A stretch of 64,000 nucleotides of DNA from Marsupella aquatica. Taxonomy: Eukaryota; Plantae; Marchantiophyta. Below, in pieces: positions 11,451-23,391 of this stretch (positions are counted from its first letter, which is position 1; each line of letters opens with the position of its first letter). Below the pieces are notes generated by a model. The model was not told the origin of the DNA, ran no database searches, and worked only from the letters and a program-made list of their open reading frames with translations. The position numbers and the translations under genes are program-made. The DNA lies in NCBI GenBank assembly GCA_973895155.1, contig OZ316891.1:11037875-11101874 (forward strand). Direction: 5' to 3'.

Positions 11451-12636
11451 GTAGTGCGGGTGCAGGTTCCCAATTTTGAGACAATTTGGCTCATTTTATG
11501 TCCCGAGGGAATCCTGGAGTTTATGTATTGAGTTTCTAGGTGAAGATGCTTAATATAAGGAAATTCAATTATCACTTCGTTCCCAACTTCTATTAATTGA
11601 AAATACACAAGCTAGAAGCAAGAAGACAAGCCACAATCTAGCATCTTAGCCAAACACAATCGTCCCGACAAAGCAAAACTCAGCTGGACAGAAGTCACTC
11701 GGATCCACAAAAAATTGAAGATTCACCTCCAAGCCGGAGGCTGATCACTTCAGTACAGCAGCTTCTAGACGGAACAAACTCTGGTCAGCCCCACAGAAAC
11801 ACAAATGTTAAGGCTCCAAGTCAGAGCTCACAAACAGAAACTCAGATAAATAACATTCAAAATCTGTCCAGGTTTGTGCAAAGTGTACATATTCATTCTT
11901 CTGGAATGAACACGCAATGCATACATCACCTAGACACAGTCATTATAAATCATTGGGCGATTGGGGACCACTAAGCAGGTGTGTTCCTATTTCGAGGCTA
12001 CAGGAAAGGATAGAGTGACACCAAACTCAAGAGTACACCAAAAGAAAAACAGCAAGAACCAAAGTCAATCATGTGTGGATAAACTGCACATGGGAAGTTC
12101 CCCTGAAGAAGCATCAGTTGCTAACATTGTCACCCGAACCACACCTAGTTTATGACCTCAATGTCTTCAGCCTCAATATCCAATCCTCAGCCCCTGGTGC
12201 TTCCGTGTTTGTTCTGAAAATTTCTGTGATGAAATAATTATTCAATACATTCAATAGGAGTTCAGACAATCTGAAGAGGACTTTGGACTTGAATGGGGGA
12301 CAGCGTGGCCATATAGTTATCCTTGTGGCCTTCAACTACGTGTCTCACGCTGAATTTCACTTTCCAGTTTTGAGAGTTGTGAAGGTCTAGTTTTAGTAAC
12401 TTCCTCCTGACTCGACTTGGGAGCATTCTCTATATTTGCTAGCTTGTAGTTAGCTTTGACTCCTTTCAGCTTAGTTGACGACCCTCTTGAGATATTAACA
12501 ATTAGAACAAACACAAGTTGTCAAGACAGATTCCACCGGAGCAAAAAGTCCAAAACCAGGTGAATGAAAACCTAAGGAGAGTCCATAAGAACGAAAGTAG
12601 GAAGGCAGGCGCACGGGCCACCGAGAAAAGTAAAGG

Positions 12637-12797
12637 ATGCATGTCATTAGTGGGGAGGGATCTTAGCAAAAGCAGGGGAAAGCAAGGGAACTTGCGGCTA
12701 AAATCAGCTGAAAGATGCATGTGATTAGTGGGAGGGATCTTAGCAAAAACAGGGGAAAGCAAGGGAACTTGCGGCTAAAATCAGCTGAAAGATGCAC
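12637..12797. repeat. ~79-bp tandem duplication (2 copies)
   Basis: atgcatgt(c/g)attagtggg..gatcttagcaaaa..aggggaaagcaagggaacttgcggctaaaatcagctgaaag is repeated. Confidence 0.9.
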
Positions 12798-14293
12798 AGT
12801 TCCTAGAAATGTAGTGAACCTTAAGGTCGTCTGTTCACCCCCACACCCCACCGCCGGGCACAAGGCATGTTCTGATACAGGGAGGAGCAAAACAATCATG
12901 TCAAGCAAGAAGTGTGGAGAGACCAATCTGTAAGCAAAAATAGGGGAGAACATACATACATCAGCAGCAACAGGAAACAAGAAAGATGAGTTCGGAAAGC
13001 ATCTTAGGGTCGGGGACATCACTGCAACACCGGGACTTAGGATATGACTTGTTCTTAATCTGTTGATAGCATCCGGTAGGCCGACAACCCATGGCAAAAG
13101 GGCAGAGCAGCAATAACAGTTTGAATCTGACGGATGAAGCTCCAGGCAAATGAGCTCCAGGCGATTGGGTGCATGATTGAGTAGGCGATTGTAACAGCAG
13201 GCACCAGGTAATTTAAAGGAAGCAACATTCGGCAATGGACCTAGGCAGCTCACAAATTTTGCTTAGCAGCGATGTCACCTAGACCCTAAACACGCAATGC
13301 ATACATCACCTAGACAACTATACTTGCAGTCACGAGGTGAGTCCGCGTCGATAGGGGATTGCAGCCTTACCTGTGCCGATGTAGCACCAAGCCGCCCTAA
13401 CTGAAGCTGCGTAGCAATCCGCAGCAATCGCTCAATGCAAAACAAGTCCCCGGTTGGCCTTGCAGCCCGATCATCCACCTTCAACCCTGCCACCAAGCAA
13501 TGAGCTCTCCGCTGTTGCTCACCCTAAACCTTCAACACTCCCGCAAAGTTGTGTCTGCCCGCAAGATTGGGTGCGTGATTGATTCGGCAATTGTAACAGC
13601 AGGCAGCCGCAATCGGTCGCAGGTCATGGATACACAAGCTCCAATGTGCTCCCTTTAGCTTAAACAATACCAGTTGTCGCTCACCGCCAACACTTTCAGC
13701 AACAACACATATTTGTTGTAGTCCGCACCTTAAACCTTAGCCATGGGGTGGTCAATCAAGTTCCGCAATGCCTAAAACACCGACCACCTGACTTACATGA
13801 AATGTGCACACAGCTAAGCTCACCTGCAGCTCACGCCAACCACATTGGGACAACTGAAGTGAATACTGCCGTAGCTGAACTTGACTCCTCGCGACTCTTT
13901 CGCGCCTCCGTAGACTGCCTTACTCACAGTGCCCAACGCAAAAAAAGTCCCGGTCAATGTTGCAGCCACGATGCTCCACTCCTGTAGTTTGCACTTGCTC
14001 AGCTCACTCTGCCACAGAAGTAGACTTCTGTCGCACCTCCCTGCAGGTTGACGCTCAACGTTCACTACCCCAACTCACTCAAATTTGAACACTCGCAACT
14101 CCAAATTGGCAGCTTCCGCTCTCAACTCCCTAAACTTACACTTGGTAGCTGCAGCCAAAAGCTTGCCATTTGATGAATTGTGATGCCTAGACAGGAATCA
14201 CTCGGCCAGTTAAGTGGGTAAAGCAGGAAGGCACCCTAGGAACACCTTAGTATAGGGACAAAACAAGGAAAATATAAACCATTAGGGGCAACC

Positions 14294-17200
14294 ATGGAAC
14301 CCGGGCTGAGGCCGGAGGTAAGGACGCTGAGGGTGAAAACTCAATTAGGGTTAGGGCGCGTTAAGCGTCGGCGGCTAGGAAGGATCAACGGGAAGAAGGA
14401 CCGGCAGAGGAGAGGGGTAAGGAGCGCTTGCAGGAGATGGTGGCTCATTTGCGAACACAAACTAGGCAGACGACTACGGGAGGCCAACTACTGTCAGCTG
14501 CTTAGGCAAGCACTCGGGGAGAGAGTAGATACCGACGTTCGACCTAAGGAGGGTATGAGCAACGTCAATCAAGCGGCACATTTCTGGGGATGCCTGTTCG
14601 AACGGGCAACTGAGTACATCAAGACTTACAAGGACGAGGAATCAGAAAGGGCAGCTCGAGAACGGCAGGAGCTCGCTCGATTGTGGGAGCTGCAGAAGAC
14701 GGCTTTCTTAGGAGGCGAACTCATCAAGGACGAGTTCCTGTGGACGCCTACTTCCAATCAACTTGACGATCTTCTGTTTTGCAAAGACAGCGTCGTCGGC
14801 ATCCGAGAGGCCATCAAGAACTGCAACGACATACACTGGGAATTAAAGGGTAGCACGGAAAGGTGGACCCAGGCAACGGTGCTAGGAGAAACCTCCATGG
14901 CAGCAGAGATGAAGAGGAAGGGAGCCGTCAACGATGAAGCCACCCCGGCAAAAAGAACGAGGTCGGCGGCACCAAAGAAGCCAGCCGAGCAGCAGAGCAG
15001 GAGGCAGGGAGAAGCCGAAGAGGAGGAGGTCGATCCCATCAAGGCCATTCCAACCAGGGATGACACCTGGAAGGGCTGGGCGGCAACCCTACCGGTGGAG
15101 GTGCAACTACATTTTGCGCGGGAGGAGGATGCATGCTTCACGGCCATGCAGACCAAGAAGTACCAAGGCTTCATGGCCGGATCCGGCTTAGAGGCCTTTG
15201 TAAGATTACCATGGCTGAAGCCAGAGGTACCGGAGTCAGACCTATTAGAATTCGTGGGGTCATGGGAACCCGAGACCAATTGCACGAGGATATATGGGAA
15301 GGATTTCTATCTTACTCCCAAGGTAATTGCCGAAGTGTTTGGCTTGCCGATAGGCAATAAGACCAAAGTTGATACCAGGAAGACCTTGCCTGACAAGGAG
15401 TTCCGGTCGTTCCCCGGGCCATCAACGAAGAATGGCTTCTTCCGGAACACCTGCACCAACCCGCACATAGGAGAGATGATCGACTTCTTGCGGGTGACCA
15501 TGCATTGTAACTTGCCGAGGGCAGAGATCGGCAAGGCACAGGTCTATCTGGCAGAAAGGCCAGACCCAAGCCGGGACTACAACGGGTACCTCCTCAACCG
15601 ATTGAAGAAGATCTTAAAGGAGGAGCAGCAGGTAATCGGCATGGGGAGCGTGTCGCGGCTTGGCTATCACATGCCGCTGTTGTGCCGGTATGCCAGAGGT
15701 CAGACTTTTGCCCCGGTACTTCCCCTACAGGTAAGGGCACCCGAGGAAGCTCCAACGCCGAGGCCGTTGGCTGAGAAGCCTCAACCACCTATTAGCCCTA
15801 CGATCGAGCAGGTGTTTAGGCCCAGGAAGGAGGACTTGCCGATGCAGCAACCAGGCATGCAGAGTCTGTTGAAACTACTGGAGAAAGAAAAGAAATCGGC
15901 ATCGGCAACAATGCAGGACACTACTACAGAGGTAGGCCTACACCGGCTCACAAGAGAAAACCCCTTTGCTGGAGACAAGGAGAGAATCAGGCCTGAATCC
16001 AAGCCAGGTGTTCGAATGTATGTGGGAATCTCAAGCTCCGAATCTGAGGCAGAATTGCCTGAAGCTCCTACCGACGAAGAGGAGAGGGAGAAGCCGGACG
16101 GCCAAGAAGTAGAGGAGGCAGTGGAGGACTGCAGCCATGATAATTCCGGCTATGGGTCGGACCATCACGTTCCAGGAGTAAGGACCTGTGGCCGGTTTGT
16201 CCCCACACTTCCAAGGGTAGTGCGAGGGGACCCCAACCAGCAGAGTAGCCTTGAGTCTCCCCCACCAGATGTTGCTCCCCCGAGCTTCGACGGCATAAAA
16301 CAGACGGAGCAGGAATTTCAGGAGCGAATCAAGCAGGAAGAGGAGGCAGCCCTGGCTAGGGAAAAGGATTTACCAGGAGGAGATTGGCCGGAGGACATCA
16401 GGCGGCTAGCCAAAAAAGGAAGCAAACCTCTAGCCACGATTGAAGAGATCCGCAAGACGGCTTGGGAGCAGAGGCCGCGATGGGCGATGCCGATCACTTC
16501 TACTTACTCCACCTACGCTAAGAATAGAGCCATGGAGTATGGTGAGATGTGTGGGGAACTTGCGCTCGGCATCTTTGGAGAGGAGTTGGAGGTAGGACCC
16601 TTTTCCATAGGGAGCAGTTGGAGAAGCACCAATTAGAAGAAGCGGTGGCTTTAGAGAGAAGCAAGAAGGACGAGGTCATTCGGCGGCTTAGGAGGATGGA
16701 AGCCGAGATTGAAGATCTAAGGGCGGCCAAGAAAGCCCAAGATGAACTGCGGATTAAACGACATGAGCTGAACATCATGCAGGGGCAGTTGGACACCGCG
16801 CAGGCTGATAATCAGAATATCAAGGATAAATTGACTCAGATGCAGGGAGAGTTGGCCGACACGATCAAAGAGAGGGAGAAGTGGAAGCAAGAGCTGAAGA
16901 ATGCAGAGGAGGCCCACATAACAGCCAACAGCTGGGCCATGGCGGAGACCCAAAGAAAGGAATGGGCGTTGAAGGGGGAGCTCGAGAAAATCCGCGGAGC
17001 CCTTGAGCAGAAGGAGGCCGAGTTAGGGAAATCCTATCAAGGGATTATGGCGCTGCAGCAGGAGCTTGCGTCCCTGACGGCCAGCTTCAAGGCCGACCTA
17101 AGGGAGAAGGACGAGATGCTCGAACAGACTTACGCCAAGATGAACCAGATGGAGTTTGTCATCATTGCAGAGCTCGACAAGGAGCTAAGAGCAACCCAGG

Positions 17201-17535
17201 AGGAGAGGACTACCTTGAAACAAGAACGGGAGGAAGCCCAGAAGGAACTAGAGGAGGCACGCAAGGACCTGGACGAGACCCAGGAGGAGTTGGAGGAAAT
17301 CACGAGGAAGATGGAGAACCTCCAGCGGCGGGCCGACAACCAAACGGAGCGGCTGAAGAAACAAGCCGCAGTATTTAAGTGCTTGTCTTCATCAGGCCCA
17401 ACTCCAATTGGGGCAACCAAGTTACCAGGAGTGGTACTGGCCGAAGAAAAAGCCGCGCCAACTACACCAGTGCCAGAAGTAAGTGGGAAGGGGAAGGGAC
17501 CAGCTGCCGAACCAGAAAAGAAGAAAAAGCGGAAA
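14294..17535 (+). pseudogene. Retrotransposon accessory-type ORF (plant transposon protein/Athila-ORF1-like domain plus long coiled coil), frameshifted at ~16600
   Basis: LLEFVGSW..TRIYGKDFYLTPKVIAEVFGLP resembles the domain in extra ORFs of plant Gypsy elements. It is followed by an acidic/Pro-rich linker, ~250 aa of heptad coiled coil and KKKKRK. The sequence is CpG-rich relative to its flanks, with no gag/pol or LTR nearby. Confidence 0.55.
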
Positions 17536-18920
17536 CCTTCAGAGAGTGGGTTGAGGAAACGATGGTGCAAGAGATGAATTGGCAGGTTCTGCAAGTTAAG
17601 TACGTAGGAAAGAATTTCTACTTGGTAGTATTTGCACAGCGTGATCATCGGGACGCAGCGTTGGAGTATGCACCGTGGTTCATGGAACGCAGGTTTGTCT
17701 ATACCTTTGCGTGGGATCCCTCGTTTGACATCAAGAATGAATCATACACTAAATTCCCGGTCTGGATTGAGATTCCATACAGAGCATTAGTACTTGAAGG
17801 ATGCAGGAGGAAGATTGTGGAATCCTTTGGACAGTTGCTGTATTACATTCAGGGGGATGAGTTCAGCTCCTACCCGCATGATAGGGCCTGCATTCTATGG
17901 GACACTGAAAGGGAGATCCCGGCTAGCGCTCGGATTAGAATTGGAGATGACATCATAATATGGCAGCCTGTTACATTCAGGAACATCCCGTATCATTGCT
18001 TTAAATGCAACCTTAAAGGTCATCTAGCTAGAGACTGTGTCATGGGAAGCACGGAAGTAGAGAATGAAGCTCCCGGATTATCTAAGAAGACTTTGGACCC
18101 GGCGGCTGCCCCTTATCGAGCGGCTGAAGTGGCAACAGATCCTCCTTCAGCGGCAGCTGAGGCACGTATTGATGGTCTTCAGTATAAGCCTGGTATGGTC
18201 CCAGTTGATACTGGAGTGGAAGCAGACATATTGCAGGTGGAAAATATTCTGTTGCAGGCTAGTGGTACACAAGGAGGAAATATTGGGGCTGCACCTGTGA
18301 CTGTCGAAGATCAGAATGGTAGCAGGCCGTTTGGGGTTTTCAGGCTGGGGGTCGGACCCTCCTTTCCTGAGGACCCTGGGGATGCTGGTGTGCAGCTAGA
18401 CACTTTGGGGCTTGACGAGAGGGGGACAAGGGCCAATGGTGAAGGAGTTGACGGGGGAAGGAGCCTGGGGGAATCTAGGCCGGACACTTTGCTGCAGTCA
18501 GGGACTGTTGGTGCTGATGACTACTCATTTCATGGGGATACTGACATGGAGCTCTCAGAGTACGAAGAATACATATCACGAAGTCAAACTAAACTTAGAG
18601 CAAGGAAACAAGAGCTGAGAACCCCCCCAAATCGCAAATTGGAAAAAGATAAGATGGAAGGGAAAAAACAGCGCTCCTTAAGCTTCTCACATGAGCCGTT
18701 GTTGGTTGCAGAGGGAAGTGGACCAGGAGGTGTTGCTGCTGCCACTGAGGAGGCTGGGGAGATAGCGGAACATACGGGTGGGTCTGCCAAGCGCTTGACT
18801 CCACTGGTTGCTTCTTCTCCTGTGGGGACTCGGATCCTAGGTAACCCGGAACTGGGGGTCACTCCCCCGGCTGAAAGAATTGGCAGGGTGGCCTCACCTG
18901 GGGCTCCTCCTTGTATCTAG
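17535..18920 (+). CDS. LINE ORF1 (DUF4283 RRM-like region and zinc knuckle), N-terminally truncated
   Basis: QVKYVGKNFYLVVF..APWFMERRFVYTFAWDPSF..PVWIEIP..CFKCNLKGHLARDC. Confidence 0.85.
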   Translation, partial: TFREWVEETMVQEMNWQVLQVKYVGKNFYLVVFAQRDHRDAALEYAPWFMERRFVYTFAWDPSFDIKNESYTKFPVWIEIPYRALVLEGCRRKIVESFGQLLYYIQGDEFSSYPHDRACILWDTEREIPASARIRIGDDIIIWQPVTFRNIPYHCFKCNLKGHLARDCVMGSTEVENEAPGLSKKTLDPAAAPYRAAEVATDPPSAAAEARIDGLQYKPGMVPVDTGVEADILQVENILLQASGTQGGNIGAAPVTVEDQNGSRPFGVFRLGVGPSFPEDPGDAGVQLDTLGLDERGTRANGEGVDGGRSLGESRPDTLLQSGTVGADDYSFHGDTDMELSEYEEYISRSQTKLRARKQELRTPPNRKLEKDKMEGKKQRSLSFSHEPLLVAEGSGPGGVAAATEEAGEIAEHTGGSAKRLTPLVASSPVGTRILGNPELGVTPPAERIGRVASPGAPPCI

Positions 18921-18969
18921 GTGTGGGGGATCGCTAGATCCTCGGGCTTACCTCTGTTGGATAGCCTGA

Positions 18970-21900
18970 ATGGATAGCCCATGGAAAATCGCCTCTTGGA
19001 ATGTGTGCGGGCTGTGTGAGCCCAATAGGAAACATGTGATCAAAAACTGGGCCGTGGCATTAAGGCCCCCTCTGGATATATTTGCATTACAAGAAGTAAA
19101 GTCAGAACAGTTCAGATTGGACATTGCCCTACGTACTATTCTACCACTGTATCAACACTTCTCTGCGGCCCCGGATGGGGGACGGGGGGGGGGGTCAGCC
19201 CTGCTCATACAACCCCTGCTTAAAGTGATTAGATCTGGTGCACTTGAGCTTGGGAGAGCGGTATGGGTGATTATAGAGCATACTAGTGGTATGATTGGAG
19301 TGGTAAGTGTGTATGCCCCCAACTCTGCAAGACAACGGGCTCTGTTATGGCATGAACTCAAGGTAGAACTGCCACAAGCGAACTGGATTTTGTGCGGTGA
19401 TTTCAACATGACTGAATCTAGGATGGATTCATCGAGCGGATCATCCTTACTGAAGGGACAGGAGGCAGAATTTTGGCGTTTTTTACAAGTGCGATTGGAT
19501 CTTATTGATGTCTATAACCTGGGCTGCACAGTGATAGGATCCAGATACACGTGGAGACGTGTCCGGCATGCAAACCTCACACAGTCTAGACTGGACAGGT
19601 TTTACCTTAGTGGTCTTGGAGGTTGGATTGCTGGCATAGTGGAGCTAACTCATGATGGGGGCTCGTCACTGTCGGACCATGATCCCATTGTGGCTGTTTT
19701 GCGCTTTCAGATTGAGGAGAGGGATTCGGAAAGAGGTAAGTCCCACTTTTTTAAAGCTAACCCTTACGTACTCCGGGATCCGAAGAATATTGAGCAATTG
19801 GAGGTTGCTTGGCGGGCGGGGGGGGTGGGCGAGGTGAACCCTCACTTGCGTTTCTCTCGTGCATGTCAGAGACTACGAAAAAAATATACGGAGTTGCAAT
19901 CCGCACCGAGACAGTCTGAGGAGGAGTTGAACTTTCTGAGAGATAAAGTGAGAATACTTAAGACTACTATTGTAGATGAATGCTCACTGGATGAACTGAC
20001 AGAGTTTCTGCAATGGGAGGACATGCTTCACGTAGCTGAAGTTGAGACGGCGCACCAGGCCAGACGGTTAGCCAGAACTCGGTGGCTGGGAGAAGGGGAG
20101 GAATCAACTAAATTTTACTTTGCCACAGTCAAGGCTAAAAGAGAGAGAGAAGCTATGAGGATGCTAGTAAAGGAGGATGGATCGGTACTTAAAGATTTCA
20201 AGGACATCATTGGGGAAGTAGAGCAGCAATGTGAGGCGCTTTACTCTCCTGGGCAACCATCTGAGGAGGAGCTACTAGAAAGCAGGTGCAATAGGGATAA
20301 AAGCTATTGCGGAGTACTAAATCAGCATTCACGGCGGCAAAGATACACAGGATGGAGGCACTTCCTACGATCTCCGAGGTGAAAGAGGTGTTGTGGCTTC
20401 TCCCGGAGGACAAGGCCCCTGGGACGGATGGGCTCACGGCTGAGGTTTACAGAGCCTGTTGGGAGTTCATGAAGGATGATATGGTGGCAATGATACAGGA
20501 TTTCTGGCTCACAGGCGAGTTGGCTGCTGAGATCAAGGATGGCCTGATAAAGCTGATACCAAAAAAACCTGATAAAAGATACTTGAAGGACTGGCGCCCT
20601 CTGACGATGCTTAACACTAGCTACAAAATCCTGGCCAAAGTGATCGCTCTACGAATTAAGCACCTGCTATGTAACCTGATCAGTCCTCAGCAGACCGGGT
20701 TTATCCCGGGTAGACATATCTTAGAGAATATTTTGCTTGCTTGGCTTACAAGTGACTGGGTTCAGAATTGCAGGAAGGGAGCATTATTCCTAAAACTTGA
20801 CTTTGAGAAAGCATTCGACAGGGTTAACCACGAGTATCTCTGGGAGTCTATGTTGCTGCTGGGATTTAGTGGTAGGATTGTGAACATAGTTAAAGCCTTG
20901 TTCTCTAATGCCAGCTCTCGAGTACTAGTCAATGGCTTTCTTAGCAAATATTTTTTGATGTGCCGGGGGGTGAGGCAGGGATGTCCTCTCTCCCCTCTTC
21001 TATTTGTGATTTCTACCCAACCTCTCATGGATTTCTTGGATGCTGAGCTTGTGGCTGGTCGACTTGCTGGTATCCAGGTTTCAGATGTGCTTACAGTGTG
21101 CTACAGATTGTTTGCTGATGATGTGGGGATGTTCATCCCTGCAACAGAGGAAGCGTTTAGGGATGCTACTACGGCTCTGTCATGTTATGAAAGTGCATCT
21201 GGTGCTAGGCTGAACTTACAAAAATCTGTTATCATCCCACTTGCTTTGGACCTAATTCCAGACTGGCTCAAGGCTACAGGCTGCAAGATTAGTGAGCAAG
21301 GTGAAGTGCAGAAGTATCTGGGTGCTCCATTTGGTATTGGACTCTCAGTGGGTAATTTACATCGCTTCTGCCTGGATAAGGTTGCTGCACGCTTGTCCTC
21401 TTGGTCAAATAAATTGCTGTCCTTCACAGGTCGGACATTGCTGGTGAAACATGTGCTCATGGCAATACCGATATATCACGTAATGTATATGAAGGCCTCG
21501 GAAGGGCTGGCAAAGAAACTGATTGCGCTGTGCAGGGATTTTCTATGGGGTTATAATTCTGCGGGCGGGAAGAAGATTCCGCTGGTGGCATGGGACAAGA
21601 TGGCTCGCCCTAAGGTGGATGGCGGACTAGGGTTTCGTGACTTTAGAAGTCACTCTGATGCGTTACTTACTCAGTGGTTTATGAAGGCCTTGGACTATCC
21701 CAACACGGAATGGGCTGGCATGCTTGCTGCTAATCTGAGTCTTATTGGATGGCTGAATTTCAGGGTGATTAGGCGAAATCACTACACATTTGCAGATAAG
21801 CTACTTTTATGTACTCCAAGATCTTGCTGCGGGCTGACATACACTTGGGGAATCTGGAAGGCCTGGGAGGCTTTGAGAGCAAATCTTTCCTTTGTCCCAG

Positions 21901-22895
21901 GGACTGCGGGCTTTCCTGGGAGATGGAGTATACAGGACGCATTACGCTGTACACAGGGCTTTAATACTTGGCCTTCGGCACACACAGAGTTCACTGTGGA
22001 AATCTGTGGGAGGCTTGGGATACGGGTGATTGCTGACTGCTGGAATGCTGAGGCGCACCAATGGAAGGACTTTTCTGGCAGATGGTGTTTGCTTCGAGGG
22101 TGGGCGCTGGCTCACAGGGACAGATGCCATCAGTTTCTACTTGTGATTGGCAGGGGACGCTGCTGCAATGGTGGGCTGGTGCCGGGTGCTCGTTGTTGGC
22201 GTTGGCTTGAGATGGGGGTTCCACTGAAGAGGTTCACAATTCCTAACAAACACGCGTACCAACTTCTAAGACCTAAGGGCTCGGACTACCAAAGATGGAA
22301 CAGAATTTGGCTCACCAACTGGACGGAGGAGGTATGGGGTAAGAGATGGCGCGCTCTGTGGGGTTCGGACCTGTCCACTAGAGGAAAAACCTTTCTATGG
22401 CGAATCATTGCTGGTGGCCTGTTTACGGGAGCAAGGGCCCTTACTATTGGTGCAAGTGATGGTATCTGTCGGCTATGCCCTGGGAGGCTTGAAAGTATTC
22501 CTCATCTGTTCGTCCAATGTGTGCATGCTGCTGAGTGCTGGAGACTATGCTGTGACTGCTGCCTGGGAGTTATGTTTGCACCTGGGCAGGATCTTCTGGA
22601 CAAGGTGGTGGCCTCATTTGGTCGCAGTCCATTGAGGGTGGCTCGTCTATTCCTACTGTTTCAAATTGTGTGGATGATTTGGCTGGGACGTAACACACAG
22701 ATGTTCAAGGAACTTGGGCGCAGATCCTTTGATATAAGATTGGTTCTTTCTGAGACGGTTTCGCACCTGCATGGGGCCTCTCTACGCTTCCCGTCAGGCA
22801 GTAAACACATTCGGCTTCTTAGGGCTAAAGAATTAATTGAAATGGAACGGAGGCGCTGGTTGGTGCGTAGAGATGGACATGTGACTTCGGGCTGA
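18970..22895 (+). CDS. LINE ORF2: APE endonuclease, reverse transcriptase and zf-RVT, with one frameshift at ~20300
   Basis: SWNVCGL, ALQEVK, VYAPN, GDFN, SRLDRFY, SDHDPI; then KAPGTDG, WRPLTMLN, KLDFEKAFDRV, GVRQGCPLSPLLF, LFADD, KYLGAP, CRLC..ESIPHLFVQC. Confidence 0.95.
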
Positions 22896-23391
22896 TGATG
22901 CTTAGAGTAGGTTAGGCTCTTTGATTGGTGCTGTGGCTTTGGTGGGCTTGGGTTGGGCTCAACTGTGCGGCTCTGTTTTTGCTTTTGGGGCTTGCCCTTG
23001 TGTTATGGCTTCAGGCCTTTAGGGTGCTCATGGATCTGGCTCTCGCTGTCGTTGACTGGCTGGCTGGGGTTGGGCTCTTTACCGGGGCCGTATATGATGT
23101 CTGGGCGAGCCCTGTTTTAGGGGTGCCCTGCTGGCCTCCTGTGGACGTTGTCCTTTTGTGCGTGCTTGTGCTGTTTGCTTCCCCCGTCGTGGGGTTTTCA
23201 CGGGTTATTTCTATAAAAGTTTGAAAAAATTTCCAAGGAAGATTGTGTAATCCTGGCCACACATGAGCCTTGGAAGTCCTTGGACATGAAGTCATTTCCC
23301 CTAGTCCTTGGGGCCTCCTTTGGTACCCCTCTAGCTTGCTTTTGACCAAAAGGGTGAGGAGGGAGGAAAGCCTGATACGCCAATCTGTGTC

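Larger units (their letters stand above)
1..14150 (-). mobile_element. CACTA/EnSpm-type DNA transposon region with cargo; both boundaries uncertain, left end outside the window
   Basis: TnpD/Tnp2 and TnpA-like genes lie in tandem on the minus strand with co-oriented accessory ORFs upstream. No TIR pair can be confirmed; only candidate 5-mers (CACTG at 6575-6579, CACTA at 9482-9486, minus strand). Confidence 0.6.
17535..23228 (+). mobile_element. L1-clade LINE, 5'-truncated inside ORF1
   Basis: ORF1 (DUF4283-like plus CCHC), ORF2 (endonuclease-RT-zf), a GT-rich 3' UTR and a degenerate A-tail tataaaagtttgaaaaaa at ~23212-23229. Confidence 0.9.

Noticed and set aside
20280-20382. Programmed frameshift in LINE ORF2
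   Set aside because: L1 ORF2 is normally one frame and there is no clear slippery site; a mutation or assembly indel is more likely.
22925-23224. Hydrophobic 99-aa ORF after LINE ORF2, a possible membrane protein
   Set aside because: It has no ATG start and is explained by the GT-rich composition of the LINE 3' UTR.
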